Positions 39,441 through 52,866 of a stretch of DNA of 64,000 nucleotides are shown in pieces. Source of the stretch: Azolla caroliniana (taxonomy: Eukaryota > Plantae > Polypodiophyta); contig JBHGNT010000024.1 of assembly GCA_043228905.1 (NCBI GenBank), positions 186,001-250,000 on the forward strand, read 5' to 3'. A model generated the notes under the pieces. That model ran no database searches and was not told where the DNA came from. It worked only from the letters and a program-made list of their open reading frames with translations. The position numbers and the translations under genes are program-made. Within the stretch, counting starts at the first letter, position 1. The number at the start of each line of letters is the position of its first letter.

Positions 39441-42400
39441 AGCTCGTGTGATATCGGATTTTTGTGTTCAAACATGCAAATCGAAGCTAACAACGCTACC
39501 TATGATATGGAATTAAAAAATCAAGATTTTCAAACTTAGCTCGAGAGACATGACGAAAATAGCAAACTTGAGGAAGGAGTTGAGAAGAGCTAGTAGGTCA
39601 ATTAAAATGTTCATACCTGGCTCGTGTGATATCCGATTTTTGTGTTCAAACATGGGAATCGAAGCTAACAACGCTAGCTATGATATGGAATTAAAAAATC
39701 AACATTTTGAAACTCATGTCGACAGATGTGACGAAATTACCAAATTTGAGGAGTGATTTGAGAGGAGCCCTTGAGTAAATTAAAATGTTCATATCGGGCT
39801 CGTGTGATATCGGATTTTTGTGTTCAAACATGCGAATCGAAGCTAACAACGCTACCTATGATATGGAATTAAAAAATCAAGATTTTGAAACTCAGGTCAA
39901 GAGACATGACGAAAATAGCAAACTTGAGGAACGAGTTGAGAAGAGCTAGTAGGTAAATTAAAATGTTCATACCTGGCTCGTGTCATATCGGATTTATTTG
40001 TTCAAATATGGAAATCGAAGCTAACAACGCTAGCTATGATATGGAATTAAAAAATCAAGATTTTGAAACTCAGGTCGAGAGACATGACGAAAATAGCAAA
40101 CTTGAGGAGGGAGTTTAGAAGAGCCCTTGAGTAAATTAAAATGTTCATACCTGGCTCGTGTGATATCGAATTTTTGTGTTCAAACATGCGAATCGAAGCT
40201 AACAACGCTACCTATGATATCGAATTAAAAAATCAAGATTTTAAAACTCAGGTCGAGAGACATGACGAAAATAGCAAACTTGAGGAGGCAGTTGAGAGGA
40301 GCCCTTGAGTAAATTAAAATGTTCATACCTGGCTCGTGTGATATCGGATTTTTGTGTTCAAACATGCGAATCGAAGCTAGCAACGCTAGCTATGATGTGG
40401 AATTAAAAAATCATGATTTTGAAACTCAGGTCGAGAGACATGACGAAAATAGCAAACTTGAGGAGGGAGTTGAGAAGAGCCCTTGAGTAAATTAAAATGT
40501 TCATACCTGGCTAGTGTGATATCGAATTTTTGTGTTCAAACATGCGAATCGAAGCTAACAACGCTACCTATGATATGGAATTAAAAAATCAAGATTTTGA
40601 AACTCAGGTCGAGAGACATGACGAAAATAGCAAACTTGAAGAGGGAGTTGAGAGGAGCCCTTGAGTAAATTAAAATGTTCATACCTGGCTCTTGTGATAT
40701 CGGATTGTTGTGTTCAAACATGCGAATCGAAGCTAACAACGCTAGCTATGATATGGAATTTAAAAATCAAGATTTTAAACGTCAAGTCCAGAGACATGAC
40801 CAAAATAGCAAACTTGAGGAGGGAGTTGAGAGGAGCCCTTGAGTAAATTAAAATGTTCATACCTGGCTCGTGTGATATCGGATTTTTGTGTTCAAACATG
40901 CAAATGGAAGCTAACAACGCTAGCTATGATGTGGAATTAAAAAATCAAGATTTTGAAACTCAAGTCCAGAGACATGACGAAATTACCAATTTTGAGGAGT
41001 GAGTTGAGAAGAGCTAGTAGGTAAATTAAAATGCTCATTCCTGGCTCGTGTCATATCGGATTTATCTGTTCAAATATGCGAATCGAAGCTAACAACGCTA
41101 GCTATGAGATGAAATTAAAAAATCAAGATTTTGAAACTCAGGTCGAGAGACATGGCGAAAATCGCAAACTTGAGGAGGGAGTTGAGAAGAGCTAGTAGGT
41201 AAATTAAAATGTTCATACCGGGCTCGTGTGATATCGGATTTTTGTGTTCAAACATGCAAATCGAAGCTAACAACGCTACCTATGATATGGAATTAAAAAA
41301 TAAAGATTTTGAAAGTCAGGTCGAGAGACATGACGAAATTACCAAATTGGAGGAGTGAATTGAGAAGAGGTAGTAGGTAAATTAAAATGTTCATACCTGG
41401 CTCGTGTGATATCGGATTTTTGTGTTCAAACATGCAAATGGAAGCTAACAACGCTAGGTATGATGTGGAATTAAAAAATCAAGATTTTGAAACTCAGGTC
41501 GAGAGACATGACGAAAATAGCAAACTTGAGGAGGGAGTTGAGAGGAGCCCTTGAGTAAATTAAAATGTTCATACCTGGCTCTTGTGATATTGGATTTTTG
41601 TGTTCAAACATGCAAATCGAACCTAGCAACGCTAGCTATGATATGGAATTAAAAATCCAAGATTTTGAAACTCAGGTCGAGAGAAATGACGAAAATAGCA
41701 AACTTGAGGAGGGAGTTGAGAGGAGCACTTGAGTAAATTAAAATGTTCATACCTGGCTCGTGTGATATCGGATTTTTGTGTTCAAACATGCGAATCGAAG
41801 CTGGCGACGCTACCTATGATATGGAATTAAAAAATCAAGATTTTGAAACTCAGGTCGAGAGACATGACGAAAATAGCAAACTTGAGGAGGGAGTTGAGAG
41901 GAGCCCTTGAGTAAATTAAAATGTTCATACCTGGCTCTTGTGATATCGGATTTTTGTGTTCAAACATGCGAATCGAAGCTAACAACGCTACCTATGATAT
42001 GGAATTAAAAAATCAAGAATTTGAAACTCAGGTCGAGAGATGTGACGAAATTACCAAATTTGAGGAGTGATTTGAGAGGAGCCCTTGAGTAAATTAAAAT
42101 GTTCATATCGGGCTCGTGTGATATCGGATTTTTGTGTTCAAACATGCAAATCGAAGCTAACAACGCTACCTATGATATGGAATTAAAAAATCAAGATTTT
42201 TAAACTCAGGTCGAGAGACATGATTAAAATAGCAAACTTGAGGAGGGAGTTGAGAAGAGCCCTTGAGTAAATTAAAATGTTCATACCTGGCTCGTGTGAT
42301 ATCGGATTTTTGTGTTCCAACATGCAAATCGAAGCTAACAACGCTAGCTATGATATGGAATTAAAAAATCAAGAATTTGAAACTCAGGTCGAGAGACATG

Positions 42401-45400
42401 ACGAAAATAGCAAACTTGAGGAGGGAGTTGAGAGGAGCCCTTGAGTAAATTAAAATGTTCATACCTAGCTCGTGTGATATCGGATTTTTGTGTTCAAACA
42501 TGCAAATCGAAGCTAACAACGCTACCTATGATATGGAATTAAAAAATCAAGATTTTCAAACTTAGCTCGAGAGACATGACGAAAATAGCAAACTTGAGGA
42601 AGGAGTTGAGAAGAGCTAGTAGGTCAATTAAAATGTTCATACCTGGCTCGTGTGATATCCGATTTTTGTGTTCAAACATGGGAATCGAAGCTAACAACGC
42701 TAGCTATGATATGGAATTAAAAAATCAACATTTTGAAACTCATGTCGACAGATGTGACGAAATTACCAAATTTGAGGAGTGATTTGAGAGGAGCCCTTGA
42801 GTAAATTAAAATGTTCATATCGGGCTCGTGTGATATCGGATTTTTGTGTTCAAACATGCGAATCGAAGCTAACAACGCTACCTATGATATGGAATTAAAA
42901 AATCAAGATTTTGAAACTCAGGTCAAGAGACATGACGAAAATAGCAAACTTGAGGAAGGAGTTGAGAAGAGCTAGTAGGTAAATTAAAATGTTCATACCT
43001 GGCTCGTGTCATATCGGATTTATTTGTTCAAATATGGAAATCGAAGCTAACAACGCTAGCTATGATATGGAATTAAAAAATCAAGATTTTGAAACTCAGG
43101 TCGAGAGACATGACGAAAATAGCAAACTTGAGGAGGGAGTTTAGAAGAGCCCTTGAGTAAATTAAAATGTTCATACCTGGCTCGTGTGATATCGAATTTT
43201 TGTGTTCAAACATGCGAATCGAAGCTAACAACGCTACCTATGATATCGAATTAAAAAATCAAGATTTTAAAACTCAGGTCGAGAGACATGACGAAAATAG
43301 CAAACTTGAGAAGGTAGTTGAGAGGAGCCCTTGAGTAAATTAAAATGTTCATACCTGGCTCGTGTGATATCGGATTTTTGTGTTCAAACATGCGAATCGA
43401 AGCTAGCAACGCTAGCTATGATGTGGAATTAAAAAATCATGATTTTGAAACTCAGGTCGAGAGACATGACGAAAATAGCAAACTTGAGGAGGGAGTTGAG
43501 AAGAGCCCTTGAGTAAATTAAAATGTTCATACCTGGCTAGTGTGATATCGAATTTTTGTGTTCAAACATGCGAATCGAAGCTAACAACGCTACCTATGAT
43601 ATGGAATTAAAAAATCAAGATTTTGAAACTCAGGTCGAGAGACATGACGAAAATAGCAAACTTGAGGAGGGAGTTGAGAGGAGCCCTTGAGTAAATTAAA
43701 ATGTTCATACCTGGCTCTTGTGATATCGGATTGTTGTGTTCAAACATGCGAATCGAAGCTAACAACGCTAGCTATGATATGGAATTTAAAAATCAAGATT
43801 TTAAACGTCAAGTCCAGAGACATGACCACAATAGCAAACTTGAGGAGGGAGTTGAGAGGAGCCCTTGAGTAAATTAAAATGTTCATACCTGGCTCGTGTG
43901 ATATCGGATTTTTGTGTTCAAACATGCGAATCGAAGCTAGCAACGCTAGCTATGATATGGAATTAAAAAATCAAGATTTTGAAACTCAGGTTGAGAGACA
44001 TGACGAAAATAGCAAACTTGAGGAGGGAGTTGAGAAGAGCCCTTGAGTAAATTAAAATGTTCATACCTGGCTCGTGTGATATCGAATTTTTGTGTTCAAA
44101 CATGCGAATCGAAGCTAACAACGCTACCTATGATATGGAATTAAAAAATCAAGATTTTGAAACTCAGGTCGAGAGACATGACGAAAATAGCAAACTTGAG
44201 GAGGGAGTTGAGAGGAGCCCTTGAGTAAATTAAAATGTTCATACCTGGCTCTTGTGATATCGGATTTTTGTGTTCAAACATGCGAATCGAAGCTAACAAC
44301 GCTAGCTATGATATGGAATTTAAAAATCAAGATTTTAAACGTCAAGTCCAGAGACATGACCACAATAGCAAACTTGAGGAGGGAGTTGAGAGGAGCCCTT
44401 GAGTAAATTAAAATGTTCATACCTGGCTCGTGTGATATCGGATTTTTGTGTTCGAACATGCAAATGGAAGCTAACAACGCTAGCTATGATGTGGAATTAA
44501 AAAATCAAGATTTTGAAACTCAAGTCCAGAGACATGACGAAATTACCAATTTTGAGGAGTGAGTTGAGAAGAGCTAGTAGGTAAATTTAAATGCTCATTC
44601 CTGGCTCGTGTCATATCGGATTTATCTGTTCAAATATGCGAATCGAAGCTAACAACGCTAGCTATGAGATGAAATTAAAAAATCAAGATTTTGAAACTCA
44701 GGTCGAGAGACATGGCGAAAATAGCAAACTTGAGGAGGGAGTTGAGAAGAGCTAGTAGGTAAATTAAAATGTTCATACCGGGCTCGTGTGATATCGGATT
44801 TTTGTGTTCAAACATGCAAATCGAAGCTAACAACGCTACCTATGATATGGAATTAAAAAATAAAGATTTTGAAAGTCAGGTCGAGAGACATGACGAAATT
44901 ACCAAATTGGAGGAGTGAATTGAGAAGAGGTAGTAGGTAAATTAAAATGTTCATACCTGGCTCGTGTGATATCGGATTTTTGTGTTCAAACATGCAAATG
45001 GAAGCTAACAACGCTAGGTATGATGTGGAATTAAAAAATCAAGATTTTGAAACTCAGGTCGAGAGACATGACGAAAATAGCAAACTTGAGGAGGGAGTTG
45101 AGAGGAGCCCTTGAGTAAATTAAAATGTTCATACCTGGCTCTTGTGATATTGGATTTTTGTGTTCAAACATGCAAATCGAACCTAGCAACGCTAGCTATG
45201 ATATGGAATTAAAAATCCAAGATTTTGAAACTCAGGTCGAGAGAAATGACGAAAATAGCAAACTTGAGGAGGGAGTTGAGAGGAGCACTTGAGTAAATTA
45301 AAATGTTCATACCTGGCTCGTGTGATATCGGATTTTTGTGTTCAAACATGCGAATCGAAGCTGGCGACGCTACCTATGATATGGAATTAAAAAATCAAGA

Positions 45401-45540
45401 TTTTGAAACTCAGGTCGAGAGACATGACGAAAATAGCAAACTTGAGGAGGGAGTTGAGAGGAGCCCTTGAGTAAATTAAAATGTTCATACCTGGCTCTTG
45501 TGATATCGGATTTTTGTGTTCAAACATGCGAATCGAAGCT
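38913..45540. repeat. 17-monomer block (3026 bp) followed by a 20-monomer version with three extra monomers
   Basis: ORF offsets 3026 (39550/42576, 40661/43687), then 3560 (40661/44221). Markers CAAACTTAGCTCG, AGGTCAATT, ATCCGAT, CATGGGAATC, CAACATTTT, GAGTTTAGAA, GGATTGTTG, CATGGCGAAA. Confidence 0.85.
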
Positions 45541-47149
45541 AACAACGCTAGCTATGATATGGAATTTAAAAATCAAGATTTTAGAAGTCAAGTCCAGAGA
45601 CATGACCACAATAGCAAACTTGAGGAGGGGGTTGAGAGGAGCCCTTGAGTAAATTAAAATGTTCATACCTGGCTCGTGTGATATCGGATTTTTGTGTTCA
45701 ATCATGCAAATGGAAGCTAACAACGTTAGCTATGATGTAGAATTAAAAAATCAAGATTTTGAAACTCAAGTCCAGAGACATGACGAAATTACCAATTTTG
45801 AGGAGTGAGTTGAGAAGAGCTAGTAGGTAAATTAAAATGCTCATACCTGGCTCGTGTCATATCGGATTTATTTGTTCAAATATGCGAATCGAAGCTAACA
45901 ACGCTAGCTATGAGATGGAATTAAAAAATCAAGATTTTGAAACTCAGGTCGAGAGACATGACGAAAATAGCAAACTTGAGGAAGGAGTTGAGAAGAGCTA
46001 GTAGGTAAATTAAAATGTTCATACCGGGCTCGTGTGATATCGGATTTTTGTGTTCAAACATGCAAATCGAAGCTAACAACGCTAGCTATGAAATGGAATT
46101 AAAAAATCAAGAATTTGAAACTCAGGTCGAGAGATGTGACGAAATTACCAAATTTGAGGAGTGATTTGAGAGGAGCCCTTGAGTAAATTAAAATGTTCAT
46201 AACGGGCTCGTGTGATATCGGATTTTTGTGTTCAAACATGCAAATCGAAGCTAACAACCTACCTATGATATGGAATTAAAAAATCAAGATTTTGAAACTC
46301 AGGTCGAGAGACATGACGAAATTACCAAATTGGAGGAGTGATTTGAGAAGAGGTAGTAGGTAAATTAAAATGTTCATACCTGGCTCGTGTCATATCGGAT
46401 TTTTGTGTTCAAACATGCGAATCGAAGCTAACAACCGTACCTATGATATGGAAATAAAAAATCAAGATTTTGAAACTCAGGTCGAGAGACATGACGAAAA
46501 TAGCAAACTTGAGGAGGGAGTTGAGAGGAGGCCTTGAGTAAATTAAAATGTTCATACCTGGCTCTTGTGATATTGGATTTTTGTGTTCAAACATGCAAAT
46601 CGAAGCTAGCAACGTTAGCTATGATATGGAATTAAAAAATCAAGATTTTGAAACTCAGGTCGAGAGACATGACGAAAATAGCAAACTTGAGGAGGGAGTT
46701 GAGAGGAGCCCTTGAGTAAATTAAAATGTTCATACCTGGCTCGTGTGATATCGGATTTTTGTGTTCAAACATGCAAATCGAAGCTAGCAATGCTAGCTAT
46801 GATATGAAATTAAAAAATCAAGATTTTAAAACTCAAGTCCAGAGACATGACGAAATTACCTAATTTGAGGAGTGAGTTGAGAAGAGCTAGTAGGTAAATT
46901 TAAATGTTCATACCTGGCTCGTGTGATATCGGATTATTGTGTTCAAACATGCGAATCGAAGCTAACAACGCTAGCTATGATATGGAATTAAAAAATCAAG
47001 ATTTTGAAATTCAGGTCGAGAGACATGACGAAAATAGCAAACTTGAGGAGGGAGTTGAGAGGAGCCCTTGAGTAAATTAAAATGTTCATACCTGGCTCGT
47101 GTGATATCGGATTTTTGTGTTCAAACATGCAAATCGAAGCTAACAACGC

Positions 47150-48950
47150 TGGCTATGATATGGAATTAAAAAATCAAGATTTTGAAACTCAGGTCGAGAG
47201 ACATGACGAAAATAGCAAACTTGAGGAGGGAGTTGAGAAGAGCCCTTGAGTAAATTAAAATGTTCATACCTGGCTCGTGTGATATCGAATTTTTGTGTTC
47301 AAACATGCGAATCGAAGCTAACAACGCTACCTATGATATGGAATTAAAAAATCAAGATTTTGAAACTCAGGTCGAGAGACATGACGAAAATAGCAAACTT
47401 AAGGAGGGAGTTGAGAGGAGCCCTTGAGTAAATTAAAATGTTCATACCTGGCTCGTGTGGTATCGGATTTTTGTGTTCAAACATGCGAATCGAAGCTAAC
47501 AACGCTAGCTATGATATGGAATTAAAAAATCAAGAATTTGAAACTCAGGTCGAGAGATGTGACGAAATTACCAAATTTGAGGAGTGATTTGAGAGGAGCC
47601 CTTGAGTAAATTAAAATGTTCATATCGGGCTCGTGTGATATCGGATTTTTGTGTTCAAACATGCAAATCGAAGCTAACAACGCTACCTATGATATGGAAT
47701 TAAAAAATCAAGATTTTAAAACTCAAGTCCAGAGACATGACGAAATTAGCAAACTTGAGAAGTGAGTTGAGAAGAGGTAGTAGGTAAATTAAAATGTTCA
47801 TACCTGGCTCGTGTCATATCGGATTTATGTGTTCAAATATGCGAATCGAAGCTAACACCGCTAGCCATGAGATGGAATTAAAAAATCAAGATTTTGAAAC
47901 TCCGGTCGACAGACATGATGAAAATAGCAAACTTGAGGAGGGAGTTGAGAAGAGCCCTTGAGTAAATTAAAGTGTTCATACCTGGCTCGTGTGATATCGG
48001 ATTTTTGTGTTCAAACATGCGAATCGAAGCTAACAACCCTACCTAGATTTTGTGTTCAAGATTTTTGTGTTCAAGATTTTGAAGCTCAGGTCGAGAGACA
48101 TGACGAAAATAGCAAACTTGAGGAGGGGGTTGAGAGGAGCCCTTGAGTAAATTAAAATGTTCATACCTGGCTCTTGTGATATTGGATTTTTGTGTTCAAA
48201 CATGCAAATCGAAGCTAGCAACGCTAGCTATAATATGGAATTACAAAATCAAGATTTTGAAACTCAGGTCGAGAGACATGACGAAAATAGCAAACTTGAG
48301 GAGTGAGTTGAGAAGAGCTAGTAGGTAAATTAAAATGCTCATTCCTGGCTCGTGTCATATCGGATTTATCTGTTCAAATATGCGAATCGAAGCTAACAAC
48401 GCTACCTATGATATGGAATTAAAAAATCAAGATTTTGAAACTCAGGTCGAGAGACATGACGAAATTACCAAATTGGAGGAGTGAGTTGAGAAGAGGTAGT
48501 AGGTAAATTAAAATGTTCATACCTGGCTCGTGTGATATCGGATTTTTGTGTTCAAACATGCGAATCGAAGCTGGCGACGCTACCTATGATATAGAATTAA
48601 AAAATCAAGATTTTGAAACTCAGGTCGAGAGACATAACGAAAATAGCAAACTTGAGGAGGGAGTTGAGAGGAGCCCTTGAGTAAATTAAAATGTTCATAC
48701 CTGGCTCTTGTGATATCGGATTTTTGTGTTCAAACATGCGAATCGAAGCTAACAGCGCTAGCTATGATATGGAATTTAAAAATCAAGATTTTAAAAGTCA
48801 AGTCCAGAGACATGACCACAATAGCAAACTTGAGGAGGGAGTTGAGAGGAGCCCTTGAGTAAATTAAAATGTTCATACCTGGCCCGTGTGATATCGGATT
48901 TTTGTGTTCAAACATGCAAATGGAAGCTAACAACGCTAGCTATGATGTAG
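47150..48950. repeat. Diverged long-range copy of ~29.3-31.0 kb, including copy 2 of the complex indel (48046-48070)
   Basis: ORF offset 17914 (30044/47958, 30763/48677). Shared AATTAAAGTGTTC, the templated indel and AACAGCGCTAG, with several substitutions between copies. Confidence 0.85.
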
Positions 48951-51900
48951 AATTAAAAAATCAAGATTTTGAAACTCAAGTCCAGAGACATGACGAAATT
49001 ACCAATTTTGAGGAGTGAGTTGAGAAGAGCTAGTAGGTAAATTAAAATGCTCATACCTGGCTCGTGTCATATCGGATTTATCTGTTCAAATATGCGTATC
49101 GAAGCTAACAACGCTAGCTATGAGATGGAATTCAAAAATCAAGATTTTGAAACTCAGGTCGAGAGACATGACGAAAATAGCAAACTTGAGGAAGGAGTTG
49201 AGAAGAGCTAGTAGGTAAATTAAAATGTTCATACCTGGCTCGTGTGATATCGGATTTTTGTGTTCAAACATGCAAATCGAAGCTAACAACGCTAGCTATG
49301 ATATGGAATTAAAAAATCAAGAATTTGAAACTCAGGTCGAGAGATGTGACGAAATTACCAAATTTGAGGAGTGATTTGAGAGGAGCCCTTGAGTAAATTA
49401 AAATGTTCATACCTGGCTCGTGTGATATCGGATTTTTGTGTTCAAACATGCGAATCGAAGCTAGCAACGCTAGCTATGATGTGGAATTAAAAAATCAAGA
49501 TTTTGAAACTCAGGTCGAGAGACATGACGAAAATAGCAAACTTGAGGAGGGAGTTGAGAAGAGCCCTTGAGTAAATTAAAATGTTCATACCTGGCTCGTG
49601 TGATATCGAATTTTTGTGTTCAAATATGCGAATCGAAGCTAACAACGCTACCTATGATATGGAATTAAAAAATAAAGATTTTGAAAGTCAGGTCGAGAGA
49701 CATGACGAAATTACCAAATTGGAGGAGTGAATTGAGAAGAGGTAGTAGGTAAATTAAAATGTTCATACCTGGCTCGTGTGATATCGGTTTTTGTGTTCAA
49801 ACATGCCAATCGAAGCTAACAACGCTCGCTATGATATGGAATTAAAAAATCAAGAATTTGAAACTCAGGTCGAGAGATGTGACGAAATTACCAAATTTGA
49901 GGAGTGATTTGAGAGGAGCCCTTGAGTAAATTAAAATGTTCATATTGGGCTCGTGTGGTATCGGATTTTTGTGTTCAAACATGCAAATCGAAGGTAACAA
50001 CGCTACCTATGATATGGAATTAAAAAATCAAGATTTTGAAACTCAGGTCGAGAGACATGACGAAAATAGCAAACTTGAGGAGGGAGTTGAGAAGAGCCTT
50101 TGAGTAAATTAAAATGTTCATACCTGGATCGTGTGATATCGAATTTTTGTGTTCAAACATGCGAATCGAAGCTAACAACCCTACCTATGATATGGAATTA
50201 AAAAATCAAGATTTTGAAACTCAGGTCGAGAGACATGACGAAAATAGCAAACTTGAGGAGGGAGTTGAGAGGAGCCCTTGAGTAAATTAAAATGTTCATA
50301 CCTGGCTCGTGTGATATCGGATTTTTGTGTTCAAACATGCGAATCGAAGCTGGCGACGCTACCTATGAGATGGAATTAAAAAATCAAGATTTTGAAACTC
50401 AGGTCGAGAGACATGACGAAAATAGCAAACTTGAGGAAGGAGTTGAGAAGAGCTAGTAGGTAAATTAAAATGTTCATACCTGGCTCGTGTGATATCGGTT
50501 TTTGTGTTCAAACATGCCAATCGAAGCTAACAACGCTCGCTATGATATGGAATAAAAAAATCAAGAATTTGAAACTCAGGTCAGAGATGTGACGAAATTA
50601 CCAAATTTGAGGAGTGATTTGAGAGGAGCCCTTGAGTAAATTAAAATGTTCATATCGGGCTCGTGTGATATCGGATTTTTGTGTTCAAACATGCAAATCG
50701 AAGCTAACAACGCTACCTATGATATGGAATTAAAAAATCAAGATTTTGAAACTCAGGTCGAGATACATGACGAAATTACCAAATTGGAGGAGTGAGTTGA
50801 GAAGAGGTAGTAGGTAAATTAAAATGTTCATACCTGGCTCGTGTCATATCGGATTTTTGTGTTCAAACATGCGAATCGAAGCTAACAACGCTACCTATGA
50901 TATGGAATTAAAAAATCAAGATTTTGAAACTCAGGTCGAGAGACATGACGAAAATAGCAAACTTGAGGAGGGAGTTGAGAGGAGCCCTTGAGTAAATTAA
51001 AATGTTCATACCTGGCTCTTGTCATATTAGATTTTTGTATTCAAACAAGCAAATCGAAGCTAGCAACGCTAGCTATGATATGGAATTAAAAATCCAAGAT
51101 TTTGAAACTCAGGTCGAGAGACATGACGAAAATAGCAAACTTGAGGAGGGAGTTGAGAGGAGCACTTGAGTAAATTAAAATATTCATACCTGGCTCGTGT
51201 GATATCGGATTTTTGTGTTCAAACATGCGAATCGAAGCTGGCGACGCTACCTATGATATGGAATTAAAAAATCAAGATTTTGAATCTCAGGTCGAGAGAC
51301 ATAACGAAAATAGCAAACTTGAGGAGGGAGTTGAGAGGAGCCCTTGAGTAAATTAAAATGTTCATACCTGGCTCTTGTGATATCGGATTTTTGTGTTCAA
51401 ACATGCGAATCGAAGCTAACAACGCTAGCTATGATATGGAATTTAAAAATCAAGATTTTAAAAGTCAAGTCCAGAGACATGACCACAATAGCAAACTTGA
51501 GGAGGGGGTTGAGAGGAGCCCTTGAGTAAATTAAAATGTTCATACCTGGCTCGTGTGATATCGGATTTTTGTGTTCAAACATGGAAATGGAAGCTAACAA
51601 CGCTAGCTATGATGTAGAATTAAAAAATCAAGATTTTGAAACTCAAGTCCAGAGACATGACGAAATTACCAATTTTGAGGAGTGAGTTGAGAAGAGCTAG
51701 TAGGTAAATTAAAATGCTCATACCTGGCTCGTGTCATATCGGATTTATCTGTTCAAATATGCGAATCGAAGCTAGCAACGCTAGCTATGATATGAAATTA
51801 AAAAATCAAGAATTTGAAACTCAGGTCGAGAGATGTGACGAAATTACCAAATTTGAGGAATGATTTGAGAGGAGCCCTTGAGTAAATTAAAATGTTCATA

Positions 51901-52866
51901 TCGGGCTCGTGTGATATCGGATTTTTGTGTTCAAACATGCAAATCGAAGCTAACAACGCTACCTATGATATGGAATTAAAAAATCAAGATTTTAAAACTC
52001 AAGTCCAGAGACATGACGAAATTAGCAAACTTGAGGAGTGAGTTGAGAAGAGGTAGTAGGTAAATTAAAATGTTCATACCTGGCTCGTGTCATATCGGTT
52101 TTTGTGTTCAAACATGCCAATCGAAGCTAACAACGCTCGCTATGATATGGAATTAAAAAATCAAGACTTTGAAACTCAGGTCGAGAGACATGACGAAATT
52201 ACCAAATTGGAGGAGTGAGTTGAGAAGAGGTAGTAGGTAAATTAAAAGGTTCATACCTGGCTCGTGTGATATCGGATTTTTGTGTCCAAACATGCAAATG
52301 GAAGCTAACAACGCTAGGTATGATGTGGAATTAAAAAATCAAGATTTTGAAACTCAGGTCGAGAGACATGACGAAAATAGCAAACTTGAGGAAGGAGTTG
52401 AGAGGAGCCCTTGAGTAAATTAAAATGTTCATACCTGGCTCGTGTGATATCGGATTTTTGTGTTCAAACATGCAAATGGAAGCTAACAACGCTAGCTATG
52501 ATGTGGAATTAATAAATCAAGCTTTTGAAACTCAAGTCCAGAGACATGACGAAATTACCAATTTTGAGGAGTGAGTTGAGAAGAGCTAGTAGGTAAATTA
52601 AAATGCTCATACCTGGCTCGTGTCATATCGGATTTATCTGTACAAATATGCGAATCGAAGCTAACAACGCTAGCTATGAGATGGAATTAAAAAATCAAGA
52701 TTTTGAAACTCAGGTCGAGAGACATGACGAAAATAGCAAACTTGAGGAAGGAGTTGAGAAGAGCTAGTAGGTAAATTAAAATGTTCATACCTGGCTCGTG
52801 TGATATCGGATTTTTGTGTTCAAACATGCAAATCGAAGCTAACAACGCTAGCTATGATATGGAATT

